From an uncultured Chloroflexia bacterium (GTDB lineage: Bacteria; Chloroflexota; Limnocylindria; Limnocylindrales; CSP1-4), in assembly GCA_963716815.1 (NCBI GenBank), contig CAVQUM010000004.1:70333-134332 (forward strand): DNA of 64,000 bases. Reading direction: 5' to 3'. The position numbers and the translations under genes were made by a program. Position 1 is the stretch's first letter. Every line of letters begins with the position of its first letter. The notes beneath the pieces were generated by a model. That model was not told the origin of the DNA, did not search any database, and worked only from the letters and a program-made list of their open reading frames with translations. This document shows, in pieces, positions 28,373 to 42,774 of the stretch.

Positions 28373-29604
28373 GCCGCGACGACCTCGCTGTGGGGCAGCC
28401 GTTCCCGCTGGGGGTCAACTACTGGCCGCGGCGCAAGGCCATGTACTGGTGGGGTGACTTCGACCGCGACGAAGTGGCCGCGGAGTTCGACGTCATCGCC
28501 GGCCTGGGCCTGCGGCTCGTGCGCATCTTCCTGCTGTGGGAGGACTTCCAACCGGCGCCGGACGTCGTCTCGACCGAGGCGCTGGCGAACCTGGAGACGG
28601 TCTGTGACGTGGCCGCCGAGCGAGGCCTGGGTCTCGACGTGACCTTCTTCACCGGCCACATGAGCGGGCCCAACTGGGCGCCGTCATGGTTGCTCGGTGG
28701 CTCGGAGCCAGTGGCTGGCGGTCGGCAGGTGGTCAGTGGTGCGGACCGCGACGCCGGCTCCTACCGCAACCCCTACGTCGACCCGGTCGCGCTCGATGCC
28801 GCGGAGTTGCAGCTCCGCTCGGTCGTCGGCCGCCTCGCCGGACACCCCGGCGTGTGGGCCTGGAACCTGGGCAACGAACCGGACAACTTCGCCCTGCCGC
28901 CGTCGGACGAGGCCGGGGCCGCCTGGGCCCGACGCATGTTCGCGGCCGTCGCCGAACTGGACCCCGAGCGGCACCGCACGGTGGGCCTGCACTCGCCCTC
29001 GCTGACCACGCGCAACCACCTGCGCGCCGACCAGGTCTTCGCCGAGGCCGACTTCGCGGTCATGCACGCCTACCCCATCTACGCCAACTTCGACGGCGAC
29101 CCCCTCGATCCGGACGTCGTCCCCTTCGCCACCGCGCTCACCGCGGCCCTCTCGGGACGGCCGACGATGATGGAGGAGTTCGGTGCCTGCACCGCGCCGC
29201 CCGGCTCCGAGACCGTGAGCTGGCAGTGGACCACGAAGCTCAAGAGCTGGGACCAGGTCATGCTCAGCGAGGAGGTGCTCGCGGAGCACCTCGCTGCGGT
29301 ACTGCCGCGGCTGGTGGAGGTCGGCGCCACCGGCGCCATGGTCTGGTGTTATGCCGACTACCACGAGAGCCTTTGGGACCGGCCGCCGTGTGACGATCAG
29401 TGGCACGAGCGGCACTTCGGTCTGGTGCGACCGGATGGCTCGCTCAAGCCGCACGCAGAGGTCTTGCACGACTTCGCCGCCTCCGCTCCGGTCATCTCCG
29501 AGCCTTCGGCGCGTGCCCGCATCACCGTCGACGGCGCGGCCTACTACGCTGACCCGAGCGCGGCGTTGCCGGGCCTGTACGCCGCCTTCAAGGAGGGACG
29601 ATGA
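28369..29604 (+). CDS. clan GH-A glycoside hydrolase (GH5-like, possible mannan-active)
   Basis: The GTG overlaps the aga stop. GVNYWP, VRIFLLWEDFQP and acid/base WNLGNEPDN motifs. Confidence 0.7.
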   Translation: MSRDDLAVGQPFPLGVNYWPRRKAMYWWGDFDRDEVAAEFDVIAGLGLRLVRIFLLWEDFQPAPDVVSTEALANLETVCDVAAERGLGLDVTFFTGHMSGPNWAPSWLLGGSEPVAGGRQVVSGADRDAGSYRNPYVDPVALDAAELQLRSVVGRLAGHPGVWAWNLGNEPDNFALPPSDEAGAAWARRMFAAVAELDPERHRTVGLHSPSLTTRNHLRADQVFAEADFAVMHAYPIYANFDGDPLDPDVVPFATALTAALSGRPTMMEEFGACTAPPGSETVSWQWTTKLKSWDQVMLSEEVLAEHLAAVLPRLVEVGATGAMVWCYADYHESLWDRPPCDDQWHERHFGLVRPDGSLKPHAEVLHDFAASAPVISEPSARARITVDGAAYYADPSAALPGLYAAFKEGR

Positions 29605-29960
29605 TCGAGCCGCAGCCGATGCCGACCGATCGACCCGAGCTCCACGTGCGTGATGTGCCCGGCGAATTGCGCTATGAGGCTCGCCTCGGAGATGACGCCA
29701 CCCTGGCCGCGCTCATCGACTACCGCCTCAGCGACAGCTGGATCGCACTGGTGCATACCGAGGTGCGCGACGGCTTCGAGGGCCAGGGCCTCGGCAGCCG
29801 CCTCGTGCGGGCGGTGCTCGAGGACCTGCGTGAACGCGAGATCCCGGTCCTGCCCAAGTGCCCCTTCGTCATCGGCTGGCTGCAGCGCCATCCCGAGCAG
29901 CACGACGTGCTCTTCCGACCCCTCGAGGCGCCGGAGCCAGACACGCCCGGCACGGCCTGA
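29601..29960 (+). CDS. GNAT-fold protein, YjdJ-type
   Basis: ATGA overlap with the upstream gene. LVHTEVRDGFEGQGLGSRLVRAVLEDLREREIPVLPKCPFV. Confidence 0.7.
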   Translation: MIEPQPMPTDRPELHVRDVPGELRYEARLGDDATLAALIDYRLSDSWIALVHTEVRDGFEGQGLGSRLVRAVLEDLREREIPVLPKCPFVIGWLQRHPEQHDVLFRPLEAPEPDTPGTA

Positions 29961-30298
29961 CGCTTCGGTCGGTGGGGTCTGCTGCCGCCCGCCCGGTGGT
30001 ACGCGCTCGCGCCCGTCGACCCCTGGACGGAACGCTTCCACGCGACTGCTGAACGCCTCGCACCCGGCATGCTCGCCGGCAGGACGTCGAGCCGCGCGGA
30101 TGTCCGAACCGATGCCCGGGGAGTGCATCGTCGAGCCAGCAACGGCATGCGCGGCCAGGCAGCTGGGCCGTTTCCGCAGCCGGGAGCGCGCCGAGTGGCT
30201 CACCCTGTTCAGCAGCCGTGTGGAGTCGCCGGCGTCGCACTCGCGTCGCCGCGGACGAGTCGCCGCCGCGGACGACCACGATATGCCGCGCCCTCGGT

Positions 30299-30971
30299 CT
30301 AGCGCTCGGTGTCGGCCAGGTCGCGCACGTGCTGGGGGATGTCGACCCCGGGTCGAAGGCGTGGATCCGCCTGCTGGTTGCCCGATGTGGGTCGTGACCG
30401 GCAGCACACCCGCCCACACCGGCCAGTCGTAGTCTTCCTCCTCGTCACCCGGAGGTCCACTCCGGACCTTGGTCGAGGCCCGCTCCAGCGAGACCCGCAT
30501 GACCGCGGTCTGCTTGATCTCGGCCTGCGTGGTGGGGCGAAGTTGTCCCGCGCGGCCCGGCACCACTCGTTCCATGAAGACGTCCAGGGCACGTGCTCGT
30601 TCGGTCTCGTCGCTGATGACCTCGGCCTCACCGAGGACCACCACCGAGCGGTAGTTGAGCGAGTGGTGGAAGGCGGAGCGAGCCAGCACCACACCGTCGA
30701 GCAGCGTCATCTCCACGCACACCTGCTGGCCGCGGCCTCGTCGCATCGTGCCGCTGGCTGGAGCGCCGTGGAGTAGCAGCCAGTCGCCGTCGCGCACGGC
30801 CAGCATGGGGATGACCACCGGCCTCCCGTGGCGGATCGTGCCCACGTGGGCGATGAGTGCGGCGTCGACGATGCGGTGGACGGTCTCGCGGTCGTAGTCC
30901 GCGCGCCCGGCCACGCGCCGGATGCGCAGGTCGTCGTCCGGCGGCAGGCGGTCGATGGTCTGGTCGCTCAT
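30299..30971 (-). pseudogene. pyridoxamine-5'-phosphate-oxidase-family (FMN-binding split-barrel) protein, one frameshift near 30380
   Basis: MSDQTIDRLPP...HVGTIRHGRPVVIPMLAVRDGDWLLLHGA...VTTHIGQPA then continues one frame over as ADPRLRPGVDIPQHVRDLADTER*. The 487-aa track ORF is a read-on artefact. Confidence 0.75.
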
Positions 30972-31021
30972 GCGGCCTAGCCTACGCGAGCGCTCGCCCG
31001 CCGACATGCGACCATGCCCCC

Positions 31022-31792
31022 ATGACCGCCGCTACCGTCCGGGCCAACGGGCTCGATGTCAGCTACGTGTCCGAGGGGCATGGCCCACCGCTGGTGTTGC
31101 TGCACGGTGCGACGTCGATGGGCATCCACGACTGGGGTGCCCAGCGACCACTGCTGCGAGCCGAGTTCACGCTCTACATGCCCGATGCCCGCGGGCATCA
31201 CCGCACGCGCTACGACGTGCGTGAGGGCTGGAGCCGCGAGGCCCTCGTCGAGGACGCGCTTGCGTTCGCCGACGCGCTGGGTCTGGACCACTTCCACCTC
31301 ATGGGCCTCTCGATGGGCGCCGGTACCGCCGTACGCCTGGCGGGCCGCCGACCCGAGCGGGTGCTCTCGCTGATCGCCGTCAGCCCAGTGCTCGAGCGCG
31401 AGCCTGCAGCCGCGGTCGCACGCCGCCGCATGGACCCCGAGTCGATCATGCGCGACGATCCGGTCTGGGCCGCGGAGCTGGCGCTCCGCCACGACACGCA
31501 CCAGGGCCCCGGTGCGTGGCAGCGGCTGGTCGAGGCCATCCGCGACGATACGCAGGCGCTGGCCGCGCCGACGCCGGAGAAGCTGCATCGCATCCGCTGC
31601 CCGGTGCTGCTGGCCTACGGCGACAACGACCCATGGGTGCCGACCGAACAGGCCGTGCGCGTGAAGCGCCAGCTGTCCGACGCGAGCCTGCTCATCGCGC
31701 CCGGCTGTGGCCACGTGGTGGAGGCGGAACGACCAGCGGTCTTCAACCCCGCGATGATGCAGTTCCTCCGGCGCGTGCGGTCCGCGGAGTAG
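31022..31792 (+). CDS. alpha/beta hydrolase
   Basis: [10 protein letters not shown], nucleophile elbow GLSMGAG, C-terminal [11 protein letters not shown]. Confidence 0.85.
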   Translation: MTAATVRANGLDVSYVSEGHGPPLVLLHGATSMGIHDWGAQRPLLRAEFTLYMPDARGHHRTRYDVREGWSREALVEDALAFADALGLDHFHLMGLSMGAGTAVRLAGRRPERVLSLIAVSPVLEREPAAAVARRRMDPESIMRDDPVWAAELALRHDTHQGPGAWQRLVEAIRDDTQALAAPTPEKLHRIRCPVLLAYGDNDPWVPTEQAVRVKRQLSDASLLIAPGCGHVVEAERPAVFNPAMMQFLRRVRSAE

Positions 31793-31802
31793 CATCACCA
31801 CC

Positions 31803-33077
31803 ATGACCCGCGACACGCGGCGCGAGCTTTGCGAAGCCTGGATCGTGGAGGCCGTGCGTACGCCCATCGGCCGACGTGACGGCGCGCTCCGAGGCGTGCG
31901 ACCGGACGACCTCGCCGCGCTCGTGGTCAGGGCCGCGGTCGAGCGGAGTGGGATCGACCCGGCGGCGGTCGATGACGTCGTGCTGGGGGCTGCCAACGGC
32001 GCGGGCGAGGACAATCGCAATGTCGCACGCATGGCCGCGCTGCTCGCAGGTTTGTCGGTCGAAGTCGCCGGCCAGACCGTGAACCGGCTCTGTGGGTCCG
32101 GCCTGCAAGCGGTCAACTCGGCGGCGCACGCGATCATGGCCGGCGACGCTGAGGTCGTCATCGCCGGTGGCGTGGAGTCGATGTCGCGGGCGCCGTTCGT
32201 GGAACTTCGTCCCGAGCCGGACGACCCCGACGGTGAGCTGCGACGAGCCGACACCACCATCGGCTGGCGCTTCGTCAACCCGCGCCTGGACGCGGCCTAC
32301 CCGGTGGTCTCGCTGGGTGAGACGGCCGAGATCGTGGCCGACCGGTTCGGCGTGACGCGCGAGGAGCAGGACGCCTTCGCGGCCGAGAGCCAGGCGCGTG
32401 CCGCGGCGGCGGTCGAGGCCGGTCGCTTCGAGGGCCAGATCGTGCCCGTACCGCTGACGAGCTCGGATGGGACCGAGGCCCTGGTCGAGCGTGACGAGCA
32501 CCTCCGGCCCCGCACGACCCCCGAGATCCTCGCCGGCCTCAAGCCCGCCTTCCGTGAAGGCGGCACCGTCACCGCCGGCAATGCCTCGGGCATCAACGAT
32601 GGCGCCGCCGCGCTGGTGCTGGTCGAGGCCCGGCGAGCGCACGCCCTGGGCCTGCGGCCGCTGGCGCGAGTGTTGAGCACGGCCGTGGCCGGGGTGGACC
32701 CCTCGGTCATGGGCATGGGGCCGGTGCCGGCCACGCACAAGGCGCTCGCTCGCGCGGGCCTGACAGTGGCCGACCTCGACCTGGTCGAGCTCAACGAGGC
32801 CTTCGCCAGTCAGTCGATCGCGTGTATGCGCGAGCTCGGCCTGGACCCGGCCCGGGTCAACGTCAACGGCGGTGCCATCGCCCTGGGGCATCCGCTGGGC
32901 ATGAGTGGCGCGCGATTGATGACGATGCTGGTGCACGAACTGGTCGCTCGTGGTGCGCGCTATGGGCTGGCCACGATGTGCATCGGCGTGGGTCAGGGTA
33001 TCGCCACCATCGTGGAGCGCACTGTTGGGCACGAGGGAACGTCGCGTGAAGAGGTGCCGGCGACGGCGACCAGCTAG
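31803..33077 (+). CDS. acetyl-CoA C-acyltransferase (thiolase)
   Basis: [11 protein letters not shown] (active Cys), [34 protein letters not shown]. Confidence 0.92.
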   Translation: MTRDTRRELCEAWIVEAVRTPIGRRDGALRGVRPDDLAALVVRAAVERSGIDPAAVDDVVLGAANGAGEDNRNVARMAALLAGLSVEVAGQTVNRLCGSGLQAVNSAAHAIMAGDAEVVIAGGVESMSRAPFVELRPEPDDPDGELRRADTTIGWRFVNPRLDAAYPVVSLGETAEIVADRFGVTREEQDAFAAESQARAAAAVEAGRFEGQIVPVPLTSSDGTEALVERDEHLRPRTTPEILAGLKPAFREGGTVTAGNASGINDGAAALVLVEARRAHALGLRPLARVLSTAVAGVDPSVMGMGPVPATHKALARAGLTVADLDLVELNEAFASQSIACMRELGLDPARVNVNGGAIALGHPLGMSGARLMTMLVHELVARGARYGLATMCIGVGQGIATIVERTVGHEGTSREEVPATATS

Positions 33078-33101
33078 CGACGACGGGCCGCCGTCGGCGA
33101 G

Positions 33102-33686
33102 CTACCGATAGAGCTTGCCGTAGAAGTCGTAGACGATCATCGTGCGACTCTGGCCCGTGGCCACGCCGATGCCCACGCTCTTGTAGAGCGGGTTCTTCAT
33201 GTTCTTCCAGTGGCCGCCCTTACTGGCCTTCTCGGCCTGCATCGCGCGATGGCTTGCCAGCACCAGGTCCTTGGCTTGGCTATAGCCCCAACCGCAGCCG
33301 ACGTTCTCGCCGTAGGTGTGATAGCGGAAACCCGCCGATCGCAGGCGAACGGAGAGGACGGGCTTGCTCGGCATGGCGTGGTCGCAGACGTCGTACTGCA
33401 CCATCGTCCGCGCCCAGGGCCAGGCCACCTTGGTGCTGATGTTCTTGTGCAGGCGCAGTGGCTTGCGGAAGGCCGAGAAGTGGCCCGTGCCGCGGCCGAC
33501 ACAGGCGCCGCTCTTGGTGACCCAGCCACCCGTGCGCGTGCAGTTGAGCAGACTCAACGCGTACTTCTCGGCCGCGATGACGCGCGTGACGGTGGGGCCG
33601 GCGGCAGCTGGGGCGATGGCCACGAGCGTGAGCGTCAGCGCCAGGGCGGTGGCGAGCGAGACGGCGCGGGCGAGTCCAGTAGTCAT
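33102..33686 (-). CDS. secreted CAP/SCP (PR-1-like) domain protein
   Basis: Signal peptide MTTGLARAVSLATALALTLTLVAIAPAAA and a C-terminal CAP core (YGENVGCGWGY...HRAMQAEKASKGGHWKNMKNPLYKSVGIGV). The 402-aa track ORF overextends upstream. Confidence 0.8.
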   Translation of the reverse strand: MTTGLARAVSLATALALTLTLVAIAPAAAGPTVTRVIAAEKYALSLLNCTRTGGWVTKSGACVGRGTGHFSAFRKPLRLHKNISTKVAWPWARTMVQYDVCDHAMPSKPVLSVRLRSAGFRYHTYGENVGCGWGYSQAKDLVLASHRAMQAEKASKGGHWKNMKNPLYKSVGIGVATGQSRTMIVYDFYGKLYR

Positions 33687-33896
33687 GCTTGCAGCCTGCT
33701 CCCCCGGGCGTGGTCGACCCATCCCACGGGGGTACGGCCCCGCTCCCCATCGAACCGCACCGTGCGGCACCGCAGGCTCAGTTCCGAACCCGGCAACGTG
33801 GGGTCTTGCCCAATCCTTACTGGGTGGGTAGGATTTAGACCTATCGCCCGAGGCACGGGCCACACCGTCGACCCACTCCCCGGAGGTCCCTACTCG

Positions 33897-34313
33897 ATGC
33901 TCGAGACGCAGCCCCAGAACCCAGAGACCGTCCCGGCCACCGAGGCCACGCCACTGGTCAGCCTTTCCGACGCCGCGGTGGCCAAGCTCTCGGAGCTGAC
34001 CAAGGAAGAGCCAGACCCCAACGTGGGCCTGCGCGTCTACGTCTATAGCGGCGGCTGCAGCGGCTATCGCTACGGCATGATGCTCGAGGACAAGCCGGCC
34101 GACGAGGACATCAAGGTCGTCTCCAACGGCATCAACGTGTACGTCGACCCACAGTCGACGCCGCTGCTCAAGGGCGCGGAGATCGACTACGTGGACACGC
34201 TCATGGGTGCCGGCTTCACCGTCAACAACCCCAACGCCGTCTCCGGCTGCGGTTGCGGCAGCAGCTTCCGCACCGAGGAATCCGCGGGCGCGCCTGGGGC
34301 CTGCGGGCACTAG
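33897..34313 (+). CDS. erpA: iron-sulfur cluster insertion protein (ErpA/IscA/HesB family)
   Basis: GLRVYVYSGGCSGYRYGMML and C-terminal GCGCGSSF. GGAGG lies 9 nt upstream of the ATG. Confidence 0.88.
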   Translation: MLETQPQNPETVPATEATPLVSLSDAAVAKLSELTKEEPDPNVGLRVYVYSGGCSGYRYGMMLEDKPADEDIKVVSNGINVYVDPQSTPLLKGAEIDYVDTLMGAGFTVNNPNAVSGCGCGSSFRTEESAGAPGACGH

Positions 34314-34366
34314 CCGAGGCCGGCCTTCTACGGCACGAACAGGCGGGTCCGACAGGACTCGCCTTC

Positions 34367-35320
34367 GTGATTCCTGAGACCATCCGACCTGTGATCGAGA
34401 TCCCGCTCTTCCCGCTCCGCTCAGTGCTGTGTCCGGGTGTGGCGCTGCCTTTGCACATCTTCGAGCAGCGCTACCGGCTGATGGTCGATCGCTGCATCGA
34501 ACGCGGCGAACCGTTCGGCGTGGTCTTGTTGCGCGAGGGCCGGGAGGCAGGTCCGTTCCGTGGGCAGGTCGCGGCCGTGGGCACGACCGCGATCATCCGT
34601 CGGGCCGGTGCCTATCCGGATGGCAGGCTCGACATCCTGACCGTGGGTCAGCAGCGTTTCCGCCTGGAGGGCGTGGACAACGTCAGCGAGCCATATCTGG
34701 TGGGGCGGATCAGCCTGCTCGACGAGCCGACCGGTCCGATGCCCGCGGTGGACGAGCAGGCCCAGCGCGTCGGTCAGCGCTTCCTCGAGTACCTCGAGCT
34801 GCTGCAGCCCACGGGCGAGGAGGATGGCCCTGAGATCGAGAAAGTCGAGCTCGAGATCGAGCTTGACGAAGTGGACGACCACGACTCCCGGATCGAGCTG
34901 GACGACGAGCCCGAGCCCGAGCCCGAGCGCACCGTGCCCACGACGCTCGACGACCTGCTCGCGAACGGGAGCCCGCTCGAGGCGAGCGGCTTGCACGATG
35001 CGGCCGACGCGATCGCGTACGAGCCCGACCCCTCCGCCCGGCCCGACGCCTCCGAGCTGTCGGCCGCACAACGGCGGGAGCTGCTCATGGCCGCTGCCCG
35101 ACGCCTCATCGGCACCGATGACCCGACTGCGCTCTCGTACGTGCTGACCGCGCTCATCCAGGTCGACCTCGCCGCTCGTCAGGAGCTGCTGGAGGCGCCC
35201 GACACGATCCGCCGTCTGTCCGGGCTCGAGCGGCTGCTGACGCGCGAGACCTGGTTCCTGCGGCAGGGGCTACGGCCGATCATCGTCGACGCGCGCCAGG
35301 GCTCCGGCCACGCCGGCTGA
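34367..35320 (+). CDS. LON N-terminal (substrate-binding) domain protein with acidic insert
   Basis: IPLFPLRSVLCPGVALPLHIFEQRYRLMV...GVVLL...VGTTAII...DILTVGQQRFRL. There is a ~70-aa D/E-rich insertion before the C-terminal helical part. GTG start chosen. Confidence 0.78.
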   Translation: MIPETIRPVIEIPLFPLRSVLCPGVALPLHIFEQRYRLMVDRCIERGEPFGVVLLREGREAGPFRGQVAAVGTTAIIRRAGAYPDGRLDILTVGQQRFRLEGVDNVSEPYLVGRISLLDEPTGPMPAVDEQAQRVGQRFLEYLELLQPTGEEDGPEIEKVELEIELDEVDDHDSRIELDDEPEPEPERTVPTTLDDLLANGSPLEASGLHDAADAIAYEPDPSARPDASELSAAQRRELLMAAARRLIGTDDPTALSYVLTALIQVDLAARQELLEAPDTIRRLSGLERLLTRETWFLRQGLRPIIVDARQGSGHAG

Positions 35321-35343
35321 ACCGCGACCGACTGCCACGAAGA

Positions 35344-35380
35344 AGCCCCGCCCCCGACTCGATGGTCGGGTGACGGGGCT
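35344..35380. terminator. compound hairpin between convergent genes
   Basis: AGCCCCG-CC-CCGAC-TCGATG-GTCGG-GTGA-CGGGGCT (7-bp outer stem, 5-6-bp inner stem). Confidence 0.5.
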
Positions 35381-35395
35381 CGTCACTTGGAGGTG

Positions 35396-36472
35396 CTAGC
35401 CCTGCGGCCAGCTCGCGGGCGGTTGACCACCCTGAGGCGGCCAGCCTCCCTGCGGCGCCTGCGGCCCCGGGGGTGGAGCGTAGGGCGGAGGAGCGTAGGG
35501 CGGGGGCGCGACCTGCATCGGCTGCCCGTACGGCTGGCCATAGCCCGGGGGCACCGGGGGCATGCCGCCTCCGCGGAGCACACGCCAGCCGGCGAGGGTC
35601 ACCGCGCCGGAGCCGAAGATGCCGGCCAGGAGCGGCACCACGCCGGTCCATGAGAGCAGCAGCAGGATGAGCATGCCCAGGAAGGCGGCGCCGTAGGGGC
35701 GCGCGGCGCTGCGGGCCCGCGGCAGGATGCGCTCGCCGATCCAGACGGCCACCACGACCTGGCCCAGGAAGAGCACGATGCCCCAGAGGACGGCCAGGCC
35801 CAGCGCCAGCGGGATGCCCACGATGGTGGCGAACAGGATGCTGATGAGGATGCTGGGCACGACCAGCATCAACAGGCCGGCGACGATGGTCTTGAGCACG
35901 TCGTGGCTGATGGTCGCCGCGGCGCGGCGCGTCTGCGCCGTGCCCCAGGCCACGACCAGCAGGGTCACCGCCAGCGAGGCGATGAAGGCGCCGATGATGA
36001 GGAAGAAGATGACCAGGATGAGCAGCGCCACGATGGCGCCGAGGGCGGCGACCAGCTCGTCCTGGGCGTTGACCACCTCGCCGGTCGCGCTGGCCTCGAC
36101 CGCCGCCTCGTCCAGCTCGGTGCCGGTGAAGGTGACGTCACCGAGGCTGGCGCCGTCATCGACGGTCAGGCTGCCGCCGATGGTGAAGATGCGCTCCACC
36201 TCCGCCGTGGCGCCCGAGACGGCGATATCGGCATCGACGGCGAAGACGCTCTCGACGACGCCCTCTACGACGGCCGTGCCGTCGAGGATGACCAGGCTTT
36301 CCATGGCCTCGCCCGGTCCTACGACGACGTCCTGTTGGGCCACCACGAGGACGCTCTCGTCCTCGTTGGAGAAGCGCCAGCCGTCGTCCGCGTCGGCGGC
36401 CGCGACCGGGAAGGCCGCGAGCAGTAGCACCGAGATCGCCAGCAGCAATGCTCGTATCGGCTTGTGTTGCAT
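35396..36472 (-). CDS. membrane protein: signal peptide, bactofilin-like beta-helical region, 4-5 TM helices, Pro/Tyr/Gln-rich tail
   Basis: MQHKPIRALLLAISVLLLAAFPVAA, then V/D/G-rich repeats (VILDGTAVVEGVVESVFAVDADIAVSG...IFTIGGSLTVDDGASLGDVTFTG), a hydrophobic core, and a tail ending PPGYGQPYGQPMQVAPPPYAPPPYAPPPGPQAPQGGWPPQGGQPP. The 663-aa track ORF runs on antisense to PFOR. Confidence 0.7.
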   Translation of the reverse strand: MQHKPIRALLLAISVLLLAAFPVAAADADDGWRFSNEDESVLVVAQQDVVVGPGEAMESLVILDGTAVVEGVVESVFAVDADIAVSGATAEVERIFTIGGSLTVDDGASLGDVTFTGTELDEAAVEASATGEVVNAQDELVAALGAIVALLILVIFFLIIGAFIASLAVTLLVVAWGTAQTRRAAATISHDVLKTIVAGLLMLVVPSILISILFATIVGIPLALGLAVLWGIVLFLGQVVVAVWIGERILPRARSAARPYGAAFLGMLILLLLSWTGVVPLLAGIFGSGAVTLAGWRVLRGGGMPPVPPGYGQPYGQPMQVAPPPYAPPPYAPPPGPQAPQGGWPPQGGQPPASWPQG

Positions 36473-36820
36473 GTGAGTAACCTCTTCCTCTCGATTGGTA
36501 GGCGAAGCGTACCTGCCTGCCTCGGCCCGTGCTAGCCGGACACCACCCGTCCCCACGGTAGGGGCAGCCCCAGTAGACAGGTAGTGGAGGCCCCCGCGCA
36601 CCACGGGGACCCGTACGGGAGGGGCAGAGGGGGCCGGTCGACCGGTCAGGACGTGACTGCTCACCCGTCCAGCGGGGGGCCGGGTGGCCCTGCACTGGCG
36701 CCCGTTTGCGTCGCACACTTGGCCTCGACCCGCGGTCTCCCCCTTGGCCGCGGGTATGCCGCTGACCCGAGTGCACCCAAGACCCGGGTGATCCAAGCCC
36801 ATGTAACGTAGGAGGCCTGA

Positions 36821-41495
<4,675 letters not shown>

Positions 41496-41515
41496 CCCAC
41501 TCCTTCGCACACACG

Positions 41516-41550
41516 ACGGGCGTTCGGCCTCGAGCCGGGCGCCCGTTTCG
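41516..41550. terminator. hairpin followed by TTTCGATT
   Basis: ACGGGCG...CGCCCGT stem (41516-41546) with inner GGC/GCC pairs, then TTT. It sits 20 nt after the DHOD-like stop. Confidence 0.35.
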
Positions 41551-41630
41551 ATTCCGACGCGCGAGTGCGCGGTACGTCGCCGCCAGCGACAACCGACGAC
41601 AACGTGGGTCGCAGTCGACCGGGGGCCCGG

Positions 41631-42071
41631 TCAGTCGGCCGGTGCCACGCCCTCGACCGAGCGCAGGACGAAGCGCGTCTCCGACTCGGCCACGAGGCCG
41701 TCCCGCTTGAGCGCGCCCAGCAGCACGTCCACCGCCTGCAGGTCGCCGAAGTGGCCGGCCAGGAGATAGTCGTAGCGGCCGGTCACGTGGTGGGCCTCGG
41801 TGATCTGCTCGTGCAGCGCCAGCTCGGCCTCGAAGGCCCCATGGTCCGCACCTGGCACCAACTTGATGTCGATGTAGGCGTGGATGGGCTGGCCCAGCGT
41901 GGCCCAGTCGCGGCGGACCGAGAAGCCGGCGATGACGCCATCGCGCTGCAGCCGGCGCACACGCTCGGCCACGGCGTTGGGGGAGAGGTGGACCGTGGCT
42001 GCCAGCTCGCCCCAGCGCATACGGCCATCGCGCTCGAGCGCGCGGAGGATATCGCGGTCGATACTATCCAT
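41631..42071 (-). CDS. Lrp/AsnC family transcriptional regulator
   Basis: MDSIDRDILRALERDGRMRWGELAATVHLSPNAVAERVRRLQRDGVI plus an AsnC-type ligand domain. ATG at 42071. Confidence 0.88.
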   Translation of the reverse strand: MDSIDRDILRALERDGRMRWGELAATVHLSPNAVAERVRRLQRDGVIAGFSVRRDWATLGQPIHAYIDIKLVPGADHGAFEAELALHEQITEAHHVTGRYDYLLAGHFGDLQAVDVLLGALKRDGLVAESETRFVLRSVEGVAPAD

Positions 42072-42153
42072 GGCAACGATTATCTCAGCGCATTGTCCAA
42101 GTCGAGCACCGTTCTGTGGACTATCACTGCCAACACACCGACAGAATGCGAGC

Positions 42154-42771
42154 ATGACGCAGTCAGGGGTGCTCGGGTTCGCGGCCATCTCGCTCGCGGT
42201 CATCATCGTGCCCGGCCCGAGCGTCCTCTTCGCGGTCAGCCGGGCGGTCGTGGCCGGCCGCCGCGACGCTCTGCTGACGGTGCTGGGGAACGCCTCCGGC
42301 GTGTTCGTCCAGATCATCTTCATCGCCTTCGGGCTGGGCGTCATCGTCACCGGTTCGGAGACGGCCTACACGCTGCTCAAGACGGCCGGCGCAGCCTATC
42401 TCGTGTGGCTCGGGATCGACGCCGTCCGTCATCGTCATGCAGCAGCTCGCTCGATCGGGACCGTGGCCACGTCGACGGCGACTCCCTGGCGCGACGGCTT
42501 CGTGGTCGGCGTCACGAACCCCAAGACGGTCGTCTTCCTGGCTGCGCTGTTGCCGCAGTACATCGACCCGGGTGCGGGCCTGGTGCCCGCTCAGATGATG
42601 GTGCTGGGCGCGCTCTTCTGCGTCATCGCCATCGTCAGTGACGGCGCCTGGGCCGTGCTCGCCGCTCGTGCCCGCTCGTGGCTCGCGTCCGACACGCGCC
42701 GGCTGACCTTGGCCTCGGCCGCCGGTGGGCTGCTGATGGTGGCGCTGGGCCTGTTGCTGGTGACGAGCTAG
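42154..42771 (+). CDS. LysE/RhtB family amino-acid exporter
   Basis: Divergent from the Lrp gene. IIVPGPSVLFAVSRAV, GFVVGVTNPKTVVFLAALLPQYI. Confidence 0.85.
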   Translation: MTQSGVLGFAAISLAVIIVPGPSVLFAVSRAVVAGRRDALLTVLGNASGVFVQIIFIAFGLGVIVTGSETAYTLLKTAGAAYLVWLGIDAVRHRHAAARSIGTVATSTATPWRDGFVVGVTNPKTVVFLAALLPQYIDPGAGLVPAQMMVLGALFCVIAIVSDGAWAVLAARARSWLASDTRRLTLASAAGGLLMVALGLLLVTS

Positions 42772-42774
42772 CCG

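Noticed and set aside
29958-30302. Stop-codon read-through or an extra small gene after the GNAT gene (frame 0 stays open for 114 codons past the TGA; WYALAPVDPWTERFHATAERLAPGMLAG looks vaguely protein-like).
   Set aside because: There is no start codon or RBS and the remainder is Arg-rich. It lies in a 340-bp convergent spacer, and I could not recognise any family. It is left unannotated.
33687-33896. Possible riboswitch (c-di-AMP/ydaO-like) in the 210-bp divergent region between the CAP-domain gene and erpA. It contains AAUCC/GGAUU and CCGCAC/GUGCGG hairpins, GGGGAGC repeats and a CCGAACCCG string.
   Set aside because: I could only match scattered short strings, not the conserved pseudo-symmetric architecture. 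An Infernal/Rfam scan is needed, so this is not claimed.
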